A DNA stretch of 64,000 nucleotides from Orbicella franksi. Lineage: Eukaryota. Shown piece after piece: positions 1 to 14,321 of this stretch; positions within the stretch are counted from its first letter, which is position 1; each line of letters opens with the position of its first letter. The stretch is from contig OZ116704.1 of assembly GCA_964199315.1 (NCBI GenBank), positions 26,970,001-27,034,000 on the forward strand, read 5' to 3'. The notes under the pieces are model-generated. The model saw only the letters and a program-made list of their open reading frames with translations, was not told the DNA's origin and searched no databases. The position numbers and the translations under genes are program-made.

Positions 1-6
1 CTATCT

Positions 7-139
7 TGGCTCCGAGGCTTGGGGGAATAAAACAAAAGAAATCACATCGAAGTTGAGTGATGAATAATTAATTTCTTTTGTTTTATTCCCCAAAGCCTCG
101 GAGCCATGTTAGAATTTTAAAATATCGAAAATGGCCTGA
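7..139. repeat. Partial hairpin MITE, probably the same family as 21559..21720
   Basis: Arms 7..42 and 71..106 are inverted; the right end reads aattttaaaatatcgaaaatggcct. Confidence 0.65.
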
Positions 140-3100
140 TCTTCGTTCCCAGGCTCTCGACGAAAACCCGTCCTTGGCCTTTGTACGACCCAAGTGGATC
201 ATTGTCTGTCACGAGAAAGGTGCTTTTGTTCCATTTCAACCATACATCATAGTTCCTTCATAGTAATGTGTTAAATCTCACGTGATTAATTCATTATCAA
301 CGTATTCAACCACGACCCAGGTTTTCAGACGGAGTTCTTGAAATAATTTTCAACGAAGCGACGACTGTCCGAAAATCTACCGAGAAACGCCGAGTAAAGG
401 TCGAAAATGTATCGTTTCTCCGTCAGTACTGTTCGTTCGTGGAAATATTTTGGCTTGATGGTCTTTTACTTCAAAAACGTAGCACATGTTTTTACTGCTT
501 TCTAAAAGCGTCGGTGACAATGGGTCGTTTCCTTTGGTTTTTGCAACACTATTGGGTGTTAGCATTCTACTCAGAAACCTACACCAGCTCAGAATCAGTT
601 GAAGAATCCTTGCGCATTTCTCAATCTGCCAACCTCTACGTAGATCACCGTACATCAGTGCAAATGAGAATCGGTCCGGCATCTTGGTACCAGACCTCCG
701 TAGACACTGGTTCTCAGCGGGCGACCTGACGCCGACCTAAAGGAATGTCGGAATGCTCTGGTCATCTTTCTTCAAGAACTGTGCATGCTCAAGGCTTGTG
801 GAGTGTTGTTTCAACTCTGGAATTACTTATCTAAAGCCTACAAGGTGCTCGCTCTTACAAACACAAACTCAACATTTCCTAGTTCAGAGATAATTCCGTT
901 TTCAAAACGAGGACATTTTTCATCCGGCCATAGTGTAAAACGAGTACAATGTGCTAAGCGTTAGACACGAAACAAGTAAATAAAATGCATTGCATCTGAC
1001 TTTTACTGATGTCTGCTTTAATATGATACATAAATTTAAAAAAAAAAACAAAAAATTCGGACGATTTTAATTTCGGACAAAAAAGTGTCCGAAAACAAAA
1101 CCATTTGAAATTTTAAGCGTCCGAGATATTTACAGTACAGTATTAAACTTGTAAATAACTCCAAAACATTTAGCTTCCATTATGGAGCGAACTCTGGGGC
1201 TTATATCCAGGGAGCTTATAAGTAGCATAATGAAAATGTTTCGAAATGTAACAGTATTGATCAAAATAAGTTTTTCATGGTTTTCAATTAAGCTTTAAAA
1301 CATCGTAATAAATCTAACTCATTTCATGTTAGCTAGATGGGGGGGGGGGGGAGGGTAATAATCGGAAGTAATATTTTGTCTGCAAGAAGATGGGTTTATA
1401 ACTGGAAGGGCTTATAAGCAGGATGGCTTATAAGCGGAAGTTTACGGTATACTTCTCAGTCATTTGCTATCAGCTATCTCAACTCCCGTTATCTCGAACT
1501 TTTTTGTTTTCGTGATTCAGCTGTAGTTCTACAAAGATCCGTGTTTACGCCCTATTGGTTGTTTGTCCGTTACCACGGTGTATGACTGCGCGCACGTTTA
1601 ATGTTGACTGGGTGTAAACTGACGTGGCTATGTCAACAATTAAAGCTGAGCAGGCCGAGCATAAATCAACCAGTTTGGATGCCGCTCCATTGCTGCGCCA
1701 AACGTTTCTAGGGTACTTTACCGCGTGAACTTCCTGATCTTCTTGACGGAGCTTTGTCGCGATATTTTAAGAAGTGGTTTGTAAATTTACTTTGAAATTG
1801 AAGGAAAGCTCAGAGTAAGAGCGTTGTAAGTGTAGAAAAACACCAAAGAAATATAAATGAACCTAAAATGAAGAAGGTTATCTGCGATTGAGGATGGTTA
1901 CGAAGGATTAAAATCGGCGTACTTGAAAAATTGACTGAACGACTCATTTTAATCTATTTGAAATCGTCGTATCTTCCTTTTAATGGCGCCCTGCACCATT
2001 TACAAGTTTGTTTATTATTGATCAAACGAAACAATACATAAAGAATACAAACACAGTCCCTTGCGTTGAGAACGAAGGAGGTACAGATTAACAAGAACGA
2101 ATGAAAATAGTGGAGATCAATTGCTATTGTTCTCCTGGCTTGAGTTGTTTTTTTCTGTTTCTCTTTTTCATTCACAACGTCTACCTGTAGATTTTCTCAT
2201 TAACCAAATTTGCTGAGGGATTCCGTGCAGAGAAAAGAGCCTCAGTGTTATTATTGTACGGCCCTCGCTAAGCACGGAGCCTGATACGAAAATGTCCTCT
2301 CGCGAGCCAATAATACGCCCCCACTGCAGGCTACACCATCCGCAGTCTTAAATTCTCCTTGTGCGGCGCTCGGTTGAAACGACTTGATATCAACAGATTA
2401 ATTCTCGTAACTATTTCCATAAATTTCTATCAGTGTTAGTTGTGGGAATTTGGTAGTACATCAGCACAATACCTCTTGGTTGATGATTTTCTTTTTTCTC
2501 TTCACCTGCCTGGTTGACAATGTACAGATTTTTACAGGAGAAAATTCATGTTGATCTAAATTAGCCCTGTCACCAAGCGCATGCATGTAGTTTGTTCTGT
2601 CAAAAGTATAGCACATTCATGACTTTTTCCCTCAATTTATGAAATGAAAATTTAATGAGTTTTAAAAGTTGCGATAACTTGACCTTCGCATTTTCAAGTT
2701 TGTTCACCTTGCCATCCATTTCCTCTTTCGTCCTTGCTAGTCAGACTCACTCGATAATGCCTTCTGATTGTTTGTCGAGTGTTGCTCGACAAAGCTAGAT
2801 AAATTATTGGCTCTTTACGTTCTAGGTCATTCATGGTGTATTTTGCTCCTCTCAACCATCTTTCTCCGACTAAAACAGTTCTCCTTCAGTCATGTCGCCC
2901 TATTGTCTCGACCCCTCGCCGACCGAAGTCAATCCTTAGCGGCGATAAACAAACCTCTTTGCTCGTTAAATTATTTCGTGTCCTTGCGTTTGCAGGTAAC
3001 TTTTATTTAACTTCCTCTTGTCTCAAGAGGCAAGAAAGGCCAAGAGCGCGACATGCAGTCGCCAAGCCCGTTCCGCTATGTGTTAATAGCCCTGGTAGGG

Positions 3101-6100
3101 TTTCAATTCACATGGCTCTTTTTGGCTTTGGCAGATCACGCAAACTTTTCAGCGGTTTCTTTCTTGCATTTCTAACTCAAAAATCAGTTGCTTTTGATCT
3201 TATTTTACTCCTTCCAGATTTTTCTTCGCGAAATCTGGCACGAACTTCGCTATTTTGAGAAGTTCATTTTGCGAGAAATCAATTACTTATCTACAAGTCA
3301 GGAAATATAAATACGCTATTTGGCTTTCTACACCCCCAGTTTATAAATATCGTATCGTTAAGTCGTGGGGGCGTATTGTTAACGAAATGGCCAAACGTTA
3401 TCGCTTTAACTTCTCGTATTTCTTCCTGAAAGCTGCAAAACCAGTAATACACGCAAGCTTTAGATATCATTTGACACACACTTTATCGCTGATGATTTGC
3501 AGTTTCCTAAAATATTATGTTTTCCATTTCTCCTTCCTTGTTAACCTACTCCCAATCGAAATTTATCAACGTGTTTAGAAATTCTTAATTGCCGATTCTA
3601 GAGTTGGTTTCCTAATTAAAATATTCTAATGTTTGTTACCAGTACAGCTGAGTAAAAAGAAGCTTAATTGAACCAACGCTGCTGGAAGTATGTCTCGGTC
3701 AGAGAATGCTCAGGTCTGTAACTCACTGGCAAGTTTATGTCAATGAAGAAAAAATTTTATTTGCGCGTGCGTTAACTTGTTTTTACACGCGCAGCCTTGC
3801 TCGCATTTATTTTTATTTTTATTTTTTTTTTTACAAATTTGTTCTTGGATAATTTGGGCTTTCTTCTTGCATCACTGTATTTTAACGTCTTGCTAATGGA
3901 AGAATTGCTTAATACTTAGTCTGTCTCATAAATTAGTCAAGACGATTATTGAAAGCAGCTGAAAAAGGAGAACTTGGTCGTTTCAATGGTCCTAGGTGAT
4001 CTTGTGGTTGTAACCGAATACCCGAGTCAAGATGGATTAAAATAATGTTCTTTGTTCCTTTTCAGTGAGTGTGCAAAAACAGCATTCTTTGTTCTCTTTA
4101 CAAAACGTGTTTTTAACGCGGTGCCTTGCGATTTGCTGTGAGAATAAACCATATTACAAGAGTGCTCACGTACAATTTTATCGGTAAGAAGAAAGCTTGG
4201 GAGAACATCTCTCGATGTGCAACGTTCGTTCGAAGATGGCTTAGAACTACAGCCTAAGCACTTCTCTTAGCCTAAGATAATTCATTTGGAATTTGTTCTT
4301 ATTTATAGTTCTTGTCGAGCTTTTGCGAAAATTCTTCGTCGTTGACATCTCCACCCAGAATAATTAATGTGTTGTAGAATAATCAGCAAAGAGATCTAAG
4401 TTGTTTGATAATGTCGGTCTTTCGCGAGACTAGTGTTCGGTTTTTGAATCTACGATGTAGTCAGAAAACATTTCCTCCTTAAATAAAGTAAAGTTTAAAA
4501 AGAAATTCTAAGCAGTGAATTTCTCGATCGCTTATTTTCTAATTACGGTATTTCTATATCCTTTGTTGTTCTCATTAGACACACAAATGCACAATGTACA
4601 TTTCAGAGAAAAGTATTTTAAACAGGATTTTCGCCGCTTAGCAGACCATGAAATATTTTCTGGTGTCTAAGTGCTGCTACACCCTTGCAACGTAAACACA
4701 AGGTGGGGCATTTTTTGCGGCACGTTTTTCGATTGCAGCCAAAGCAATAACAATAATGTTATTTTGAGTCGTTGCTGATTGATGAAGGTTTGTGGCTTTT
4801 CAAATGGGAACTGTTCTAACCGCCATTACATTAATCGCTCAGCCATCATGGCCATTGAAAACTTGCACGCTTGGAGAATTACCGAAGAAAGGTACTCTCG
4901 TTTGGGCGCTCTGTGTGTTTTTTTTTTAAAGAAAATCATTTAAAGCTGTGGGGCTTTGTTCCTACCTGTTCCAGCTCTTTCCAAAGCATTTCTTATCGAG
5001 TTGGAATGTATAATGCCCGAAACATCTTGACCCCAAACAAGATTACCAGCGAGAGATTAGAGTTAACGGGTTGAAAACACCGAACCGTTAATATAAAAAA
5101 AGACTTCATGCGTGCACTGAGAGATGCCAAAGGTCGAGCATTGTTTCGCTTTGAAAATCGTTTAGCACTTTAGTAAAGGGCAAGGCCATGTCTGTAGCGC
5201 AACTCTTGTTCTCACGAATACTCTTCCATGAATAACTGTCAAAAAAAGCAAGCCACTTGAAATATTTCCATTTAGCATATGTCTAGTTTTCTTTCTCGAA
5301 TAGGGCAGAATCTCGAGTTACATCGCCTGCGAAATGCACGCTAGCAAAGATCAAGGCTTTCAAGGTTCTACTTCGCGCGTTTGCCATAAGGCATTAATAA
5401 CAGCTTGTCGCAGTTTTTGTGCCGACCTGTCAAAGTTTGCAGGGAATCATTTTTTTTTTATGGAAATTTCGACTTCTGATTATCCGTTGCGTGCATGTTG
5501 ATGAACATGGGCTTTTCTTCGTTGACAAGTCGGCGGAATATAAAAACATCGGTTATCGAAAAAATCTGACGTACTCTTTCACGAGATTGTCAACGGGTTT
5601 GCTGTACTCACGCGAGGCGTTTGGCCGGTCTCGCGCAAATGGACTTTAAACACGCGCCCGAGAGGATTGTTTACAGCCATCGAATCGCCTATTATATCAA
5701 ACTGCTTTCCGCGATGTAAGTAGGTAATGTTTACAGGTGCCATCTGCTCACATCTTGAGTATACGCCGATGGACATCCTGGTTTAGTTAAAAGGAAACCT
5801 GTATCAACTAACTTAGTATTATTACCCTTCTTGTTTACATTCTCTTTTTATGCTGGTTGGAAGGAAGAAACATTTTTTTTTTTGCATCCTCCACGCGCAC
5901 GAATTTCTCTCAGAGAATAATTCCACATTTCCTTGATTAACTCATTTCTCTGTTAAGATGTGAAGTTATTTTCGCTTGTCGGCGGTCTTTCTTACACTAT
6001 GCAGGGTATATTAAATAGGTAATATAGCTTGTGATTAGTTTTTCATTGTTTTGGCTGTAGTTTCGGTGGGAAAATTGTCTATTTTGGTCATGTGGATTTT

Positions 6101-8282
6101 TTTGTAGTGGTGCTTAACTCCTTGTGCTGCAATGTTAACGCGAACCCTATGTTTTTCTTGTTTTAAAATCTATTTGGTTTACTCTTTGGCAAGTGTTGTT
6201 GCGGCTGTTTAGAATTTAGCGTAGTGTTTTCCTCGCACAGCATCTGAAATTAAATATTCTTTCGCTTGACTTGCTGAAAGCGTGTCGTGGTAAATTTGGC
6301 ACGAGTCTTAAAGTAATTTTAATAAACCGCGCCGCAAAATTAAAAGACGCCTAGAGATCTCCCCCTACAGCTGGAGGCAAAGGGTTTAATGAGATCGCGG
6401 AGACAAAATAATTTGTCGTCAATAAAGCCAGTTGCGAGTGAGATGGAACCCTCAGTGTTTTCTGAAAAACATAAATATTTGGCTTGCTCCAAATTTTACA
6501 CCACGCCCCGAGAAATTAAGCTATTGAATTTTTTATCGCATAACATTCTGTGTTTCTAAAATTAATGCTGGTGTTCGTTCAAAACCAAAGGTTTTGTTTG
6601 TTATAAAACGGTCGGACCGGTTGCTTGGAAGAAAAACATTCACTTAGGAAGCTTTTAGTCGATCTGCGAATTTGATAACAATCCCTGCAGGGCGCGAAGT
6701 CGAGAAGAATAGAAAAGCATTTAGTCTTCAAAATTGTGCTGGATTCCCCGACGTGAGTTAAAATCAAAATGAGCATGCTATATTTTTGTTGTTTTGATTG
6801 TTTTCTCGCCATTCTTTGTTTCTAGACGTGTGGTTTTTGAGCACGACGGGAGGTGCAAGACGTATCGCTTTCCATTCATCTAGTGGCTTAGTTACACGCG
6901 CTTCCATAATAAGAATTTACCAGCTTGAATTGCTTCCTTTCATTCAGCAATGGAGAAACACCTTTTAATATTTCTCCAAAACAGTGTAATGGTTTGTAAG
7001 GAAAAAATTGCGCGTCATAATGAAAATAGTAGTTTCCTTTTAAGCCGTCATAAAGGAAATCGAAGATTTTTCTTTTCGATCGTTAAATTAAAATAGAAAA
7101 TTTGTCAATGCGCGTCAATTTCTTGACGTGAAGTTAAATGGAATTGTGCTCTGTTGTTCAGCATCGTGAATATTTTTCTCAGCAGAAAAACCACATAGTA
7201 ATTTATTCTCGCATCAAGCGTGAAAGTCAATCATCTTCTTCAAACGTGTAATTCACCGTGGACCGTAGCTTTAATCAGTTTTTAATCGTGTAATATGCTG
7301 AAGTAAAATTAAATTAACTTCGCGGCCGGTGAAATGAATTTTGCGAGCGTGGTTTGGCGTTTTATCGTGTTATCTGCTACATATTACGAGCAACAGGAGG
7401 CCTTGTCGCTCGATTTGCATAAACCCATCTAGTTCTCGCTTACATTTTAATGAAGTTGGCTGGCAAAAAATAAACCCAATAGCCTTCACCCGTTACGTTA
7501 GCATTGTTAAAAGCAACTACCGTTACTATGAATGTGGAGGATATCGTGGACAGAAGGAAATTAACGAAGATAAATCACTTTTAGTGGCGCATTTTGCTCT
7601 CGCCTGAAAGCATATTGAATCGGACAATCGCCTTACACGAATTAAAAACACTATTCATGCTCCCTTTTAAAAATTAAACCTTACAAACACGTAAGACAAA
7701 CAGTAAATGAAACCCGACTGCCAAGTCAAATTGCATCTCTTTTTCCTTTGCTTTGTTTCGCCGTCTTTGCCTAGCGAAAGAAAAATTCTCCATTTCGCTC
7801 TTGAAAAGAAAAAACTCCGGGGCTATTTTTCATTCCAGATGTAATTATAATGATTCGATGGACACCTAGGTCCACAGGAACAAAAGATTTAACAGCGTTT
7901 TCTGTCGTTTGTGAATTACAATTCCATTATCTGAAAAAATACTACTACGTTTTGTTTGCTAACCGAAATAATTGGCTTTTGCCTCGAAGCTCCTCCTCTG
8001 CGACATTTGCGACTCCGGCTCAAGAAAAGTAGCGAGAAAAAATTTGCGTGGGATATCCGAGAAATTTTAAGCTCAACCGTGTCCAGTTTCAGCGTGGTTT
8101 TGACGTTTAAGGTGACTCTTCGAGAGTCAATGCTCGGAAGGGAAATTTTAATTGGGGGGTTCCACGTAAATTAAACGTGATTCCAGCCTTTGTTAATGTT
8201 TGTTGTTTTTTGATTTTTCCATTGTTAAACTGTGTTCCCGACTCTACGTTGGCTCGTCGAATGATTGATAGGTGCTGTACAT

Positions 8283-8289
8283 TATAAAT
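8283..8289 (+). promoter_or_regulatory. TATA box (TATAAAT) of ovo paralog A
   Basis: TATAAAT ~330 nt upstream of the SNAG ATG in CpG-rich sequence; the same heptamer is upstream of paralog B. Confidence 0.55.
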
Positions 8290-8610
8290 TAATTAACATT
8301 GTTTGGTGCGTAACAATATATCAGATGATCACACCCGCGCTTCGGGGAGAAAGAATAAGCTTGCAAACAAGGTAACGGTCCTCGGGCCTGCGACAGCCAG
8401 CCAAGCTCGCTAAGCGTGTATGCGGTTTAAACGGCCTTGTATCAAACCGTTTCTCGAACGCGCGATATCAGCGGCGTGGTTTTTCTTCTCGACTAGCGTC
8501 TCGCTTCGTCAGTTTCTACCCGGTAGATCTGAAGCAGTTTTGTCTAAACTTTAAAGAAGTGGTTTCCGTGGTTTACAGAACTTGAACATACGTTGGCCCG
8601 CGCCGGCAAG

Positions 8611-8716
8611 ATGCCGAAATCGTTCTTGGTCAAGAACAAGAAAGCAGTGCGCCGCACTGAAGATGGCGAGATCTTGGAAGGCGCGATGTCTGCTCCGCGA
8701 GAAGAAAACCACTCAG
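8611..8716 (+). CDS. ovo: ovo paralog A exon 1 (SNAG domain), MPKSFLVKNKKAVRRTEDGEILEGAMSAPREENHS, phase-1 donor
   Basis: ATG at 8611, 35 codons plus G, donor CAG|gtaag at 8717. Not in the ORF track. Confidence 0.92.
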
Positions 8717-11700
8717 GTAAGACCATGAAGAACTGAACTTCCCTTTAAGCCTAAAATATTGTTCATTCCTTGTTCTACTTGACCCTTTGACAAACGATTT
8801 TGTTCGCAGTTTCTTTCTAACATTTCCTGTGTGATGTTCACCGTTATAAAGTGTCACAGAATTACGGGCGCAGATGTTGGTGGTCGAACGGTGCTATAAC
8901 GGGATCCATTTTTTATTTCTCTCACGTAAAAATGTCGCCTTTTCGAATCTACGCCTTCAGGCTGTGTCTGTGGTCGTTTATGTTGCCTTCGAGATGGGAC
9001 TTTTAAAGGCCCGAAGTGTTGTCCTCGCGGGGTGTACAGAAAGCAACTTCAAAGAACAATAGGGATATGTTACTACAAATAGTAAACCGATGCTTATCGG
9101 CAGAAATCACAGCTTTGGCAATTGGTTTCCGTTTAAGAGCTTTTTATGATCGCAGGGAGAAAAATCGCGTTTTGGCGACATAGGTTTTGATTTTTCGGGG
9201 GCCGAGGAGGAGAAGCGAAGATTTGGACGCGCTCAATGTATTCCGGTTTCAACGGGCTTAGAATTGAGGTTAAATGCAACGGATATTCGATAGGGCCCTG
9301 TTTGTGCCACAACCTATTACACGGTAATGTTTGTAGTCTGTGTGCACGTAAAAACATACGCTGCCTAGTCACGGAAAGTAATTCGAAAGCTTTCAGTGAT
9401 TACATTGTGTACACTGAAGGCAAAAACACAAAGCCAATGACAGCCGCATTCGGCGCCGAATTGATTTCTACCGCTTAGCTGGCTAAATATCGCCCCGAAT
9501 AACAGATAAGTGTTTTGGTCTCGTCGTAAAGATAATCAGGAAAAAAGAATTCAACAATGCAGATCATTGATTCATTCATATTCAAATTTTGCACTGTGTA
9601 GTGATAAACGCCATTTCACAAAGAGACTAATGGATACATCAATTGACGTACAATGAAGATTTTGTATAGCGTTTAGAGCATAGCGCGTGGCTTTCCGTTA
9701 AACAAAAATATTCCGTCCGGTTCCTTCCTTCGCGATCTTTTCCACGCTGGCGTTGTTCCCTTTCCCGTGAATTTCTCTCCCCCTCGTTGGAATCGTTCAC
9801 GAAAATTTAGGGCAAGAAATCAATCGATCCGGTCGCAACAATTATGGTTAATTTAAATTTATGTAAATTCTCATCACTTAAAATGCGAGATCTTTCAAAT
9901 GCTGTCCATTTCTCGTGGTTTTCCAAATGACGTGTAAACCGATTCTCTACTTGTCAATTTCGCTGTGTTTAGACGCATTATATCGAAAACAAAAACCCGG
10001 TCGGCACTTTTGTTTGGCCTTCTCTTTTTCCACGCCTTTCTAAGCAGCTTTCCAGTGGTTCGAGTCGGTACAAGACAAGACTCATAACACTTAACTCGAG
10101 CATTTTTAGGCGCAAAAGCACCGACATCTTAAACATGATCAGCCGGCCAGCAGCCGGACAAGGACATTTGAGTTGCGAGAACACAGCAGATGTTCTTACT
10201 TCTAATTCTTACTCTTTTGGCCGCAAACTTGACAGAAAGGCTACTTAACCCCTTAACGTAAATGCCTTTCGATCAAAGGCTTTTCTGAAAAGTAGAACAC
10301 TCGAGAATGTGCCCAGTGGTTTCCGCATAGGTACATAGTCGATTTAAGACAGGACTGGTGCACGCTTCTCAAGATTCGAAACCACGAGTTCGAGTTTCGT
10401 AGAAACAGATCAATTCTTCTCGAAACTTTCACGCGGGCGTTTGCCGATTTTAGCTTGTCAGTTCGCCCCGGCTACTTTGGGGCTCTCTGCTAATAGAATT
10501 TTAATTTTCACCACCGTGTTTGTAAAGGTTCGTCCTAGGTGATAGATTTCATTTAATAAACCACTTTGTGATTGAGAACATTGCAGGGCTTTTAATTCAA
10601 TAAATTTTCTTTTTCTGCGAGGTGTCCAAATTAATGAAATTAGAGTGACTCAAGCCAGCTTTAATTGACTAGAATAGAAAGAAAGGGAGCTGGAAACACC
10701 CGACCCATCAGCGCCAAGTTTGTTCAACGAAATGCAAGCTTAGAAAATTACTGTACCCGAACGGAAGAGTTCCCTTCCTGTGTTGTCACTTTGTCATGCG
10801 AGATAAAGAACTCAGATCACAATATGATTTTATGGACTTATTGTGTGGACAAAACTCGCGCACTCTATAAAATAAAATTCTTTGTCTTTGATGTTAGAAA
10901 AATCGACAATTCATATATTTTTCTCCGGCTGTTTGTTTACTTCACAAACTTGTCTTTAAGTACCACGCACGCTTCAGCTTTTCTCACCAAGATTTTATGA
11001 CCATTTTGTAGACTCTTCTTTCAAATGTAATTATATATTTCCTCTTAACTTTGCCTTTGAGCATCGATAGAGGTGTGAAGATTTTTTGCGAGTATCGAAT
11101 TTTATATCTGAAACGAAAAGTCAAATGGAGATAGAAGATTCGTATCTGTCGTGACACCGTGAACATGGCATAAAATCAAAGTTTTTAGAATGAAACCTAG
11201 CGTGTTGAAATTACATTAAAAGTAAATCCACGTTCTTTATAATTGTTTGCTTCCCTTTTATAGATTTTTTAAAAGATAAAAATGAAGTCTTATCCGCGTA
11301 AGTCACAAGTTAATTCAACATCTCTTGCTTTTTAAGATCATTGAGAAATCGTGTTTACTTACAAATATTGTCTCGTTTCGTTTTTGAACCAGAAACTGTT
11401 GGATCCAAATCTTTCATTGTCGATACATTTTCTCGAGTTACTTTAAATTGGACTAATTCCACAGACAGTGGAAACTGTTGTACAATTTTGTTTTCGTACC
11501 TGTATAAAGCAACTAAAGAATTGTAGATATTTCCGAGAAAAGCCTTTTGTAAACTTTCATTTCTTCTTTTCATGTAATACAAGCTAGCCACGAGTTTCAG
11601 TTTTAAAAGCGTGATGTTTCTTGTTTTGAGCGTGATGAAGAACTTTGTGATACAAGTTTTCACCCTTCGTGTGCTTGAATTTGTTAGACAGAAAATTTCT

Positions 11701-14321
11701 GTTACAGGTGGGATTAAAATTAGGTTGAACGCAAATCTTTTCATATGAGCCATTCATTCAAATAGGCAAAACCCTTCTTTTTAAATGTTGTCATGGATGT
11801 GCAACTGTTCCCTCGATTTCTTGCGAGCCGAACAACCTTACAAGTGACCTTTTACCGTGTACAAACGGAACATTCCATTTGGGGTCCGTTTAAGCGAGTC
11901 CTAGTTGTTTGTAAAACCCGGGTATCGGTTTTTCTGTGGTTTGAGCTCGAAAGATGTGAAAGCCGCCCTTTTGTGATAAAACGAGTTGTTTCGAAAAGCA
12001 ATTTCTAACAGATAACAGATGATTGGAAATTACGAAACAAGGTCGAGACGCAAAGAGGAATTAGCTGCTTCATGTTTTGACAGAATGACAAGGGTTTGTA
12101 CTCTTCGATACAGCGTTTCTTTCTAACCGCAAAATGTGATATTGCAAAAACGTGGCACTGAAATACGATACGATACTGACAGCGTTTTTATTCTGGTTTC
12201 ATGAATCTGCGTTTTATTCTCGCAACCAGTTTTGAAATTAGTTTTTGCGTTGGTGTCAAAGATTCTCAAGAGTGTAAAGTGTTATGCGGGTTGAATGCGT
12301 AAAATAATAACGTGGATTCGATGAACAGTTTCACCCTTTTTTCTGGTGACTGAATTGTCTTTCTTTATTAACGAACACGTGGGATAGCTTGTATTCGATT
12401 GCAGAATGAAATTAAATGAAAATATTTGTTCCTCCTCCCCTTAACAGGTTTCATCGGGTATTTAGAAAACGACACTGAAGAAAAGAAAGTTTTCTTGAAC
12501 TGAGCGAAGCAGTATTTCATTTATCCCTCGAGTAATCTTGGAAACCTTTCTCAAACGCTGCAGATGTTCCTTGTTCATTATTTATTTCACAACACAGCTA
12601 AATTGCCCAGAAATCTGAAAAACCAAAGGTGTTGAAAAAACTACCCGTGGATATTTATAGTTAATTTAGACTGTGAGCTTATTAAACCTGTAGCGACAAA
12701 ACACGTTCAATTTGTCGAATGCGGGTATGCTAGCTACAATTTGACATTTTTTTATGATTCCTTCTGTGTACAACACCCTGAAACACCTTATTTACTCAAG
12801 ATCTTGCCTCTGTGGTGAATTTTTTAAGAGCACGTTTTTCTTTCGAGGTTTTTTTTTACACCTTTTATTGATAAATTTTGTGAGTTTTTTCCTTTAGATT
12901 TCTCTAAACGCATTGTTTGTGTAGTGAATTGGGTGACTTTTCATTGAAATAAAATTCTTGTTATGTGCAAGTGTTCTGGAAGGAAGAAATTTTCTCAACG
13001 CTTGACGTAATTTGCAAAACTGAGCTATTAAATAACTTGCCATCGTGTTGTTATCCATGATTCATAACTTCCAAAAAATCGAAAAGATAAAACACTTTTT
13101 CCTTAATTAACTCCTGTCTGCTGCTAATGTTTGTTTTGATTTTACGAACGGCAAATAATTCACGAGAAATCCTTCTGTGGTTCCTTCTCAGATGAAAAGC
13201 CTACTTCGTCAGAAGAAATGTTAAAAGCCGAGTTAATTGACGAGGAGGAAAAGACCGAGGGGGTTGATTTCAGAGACAGCGCATTAAGCAAGGGCTTGGA
13301 GCATGAAATGGCGATTTCCATGCCAAGGTTGAAATGTGAAGGCGACGCCTTCTCCGCTGAACGAGTTGAAAAGCGAGAAGCGACAACTGAGCGGGCGAAT
13401 GGTAATGATCTGTTTTGGTGGAGTAGCTTCAGCTCAAGATATGAATTACAAAACCTTCCCCCACCACCTAAACTTATCAGTTCCGTGCCGAGAAACGGTT
13501 TATCCAAAGTACACCATGCCCATTCGTCGGACCAACATTCTGTCATTACTTTGAATCAGAGACATCACTTTCCATTAACAGCCAACAGTTTCGCCGTTGT
13601 TAACTTCCACGACCACAGGGTACCATCCATTCCCGAATCAATACCTGTTCGTGCGTCTTTAGATGGGCTTCGTGAAGTATCGTTGAACCTTCGGCATGTT
13701 TCGGATAGTCATCGGGAGTCCTCGCTCTGCCCAAGCATTCCACAGCAGGCGTCCGCTCCGCAGTTTAATGGAAACCATTTCTTCATTCACAGCCATCCAT
13801 TTCTACCACCATCTCACCAGCAACAAGAGTGCCTTACGAATCTCCAAAACAAGGACCAGGACAGAAAGACTGGCGAAAACGACGAGACGAAATACAAATG
13901 CGAGATTTGCAACAGTTCGTTCACGCTCCAACGCCTGCTCAATCGCCACATGAAGACTCACTCCTTTTACAAACGGTATCACTGCCAGTACTGTACCAAA
14001 GGCTTCAATGATACCTTCGATCTGAAGCGCCATATAAGGACACACACAGGAATAAAGCCATTTAAGTGCAGCCGATGTGACAAGTCGTTTACGCAGCGTT
14101 GTTCGCTCGAAGCGCACCTAACACGCGTGCACGGCGTGGTACACAAGTTTGGTTTCCGAGAGAGGCGCTCGAAAATGTTCGTTTGCGAAGACTGCGGCAG
14201 CACGTTTACGGAAAATTCCGATTTTATGAAGCATCTGCACGAGTTTCACCCCGAGACTGAGAAAATCATGAGGGCGCGGAGAAATGGAGGATTTGCTCAG
14301 AAAATTGCAGGTGATAACTGA
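8611..14321 (+). CDS. ovo: Ovo-like (Ovo/Shavenbaby/OVOL family) SNAG + 4x C2H2 zinc-finger transcription factor, paralog A; join(8611..8716,13192..14321), 411 aa
   Basis: Exon 1 encodes MPKSFLVKNK... (SNAG) and ends G|gtaag. Acceptor ttccttctcag|AT at 13192 restores the frame of ORF 13218..14321 (106+1130=1236 nt). The C-terminus carries the Ovo-diagnostic fingers QRLLNRHMKTH...[18 protein letters not shown]...[10 protein letters not shown]...[13 protein letters not shown]. Confidence 0.95.
13192..14321 (+). CDS. ovo: ovo paralog A exon 2 (low-complexity linker plus 4 C2H2 fingers at ~13893..14249)
   Basis: Polypyrimidine tract and cag at 13191; open to TGA at 14321; Ovo finger sequences. 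Confidence 0.95.

Larger units (their letters stand above)
7490..8902. promoter_or_regulatory. Cluster of five Ovo-type CCGTTA/TAACGG motifs around ovo A exon 1
   Basis: CCGTTA at 7490, 7520 and 8841; TAACGG at 8373 and 8897. CCGTTA is the established OVOL/Ovo core. Confidence 0.5.
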
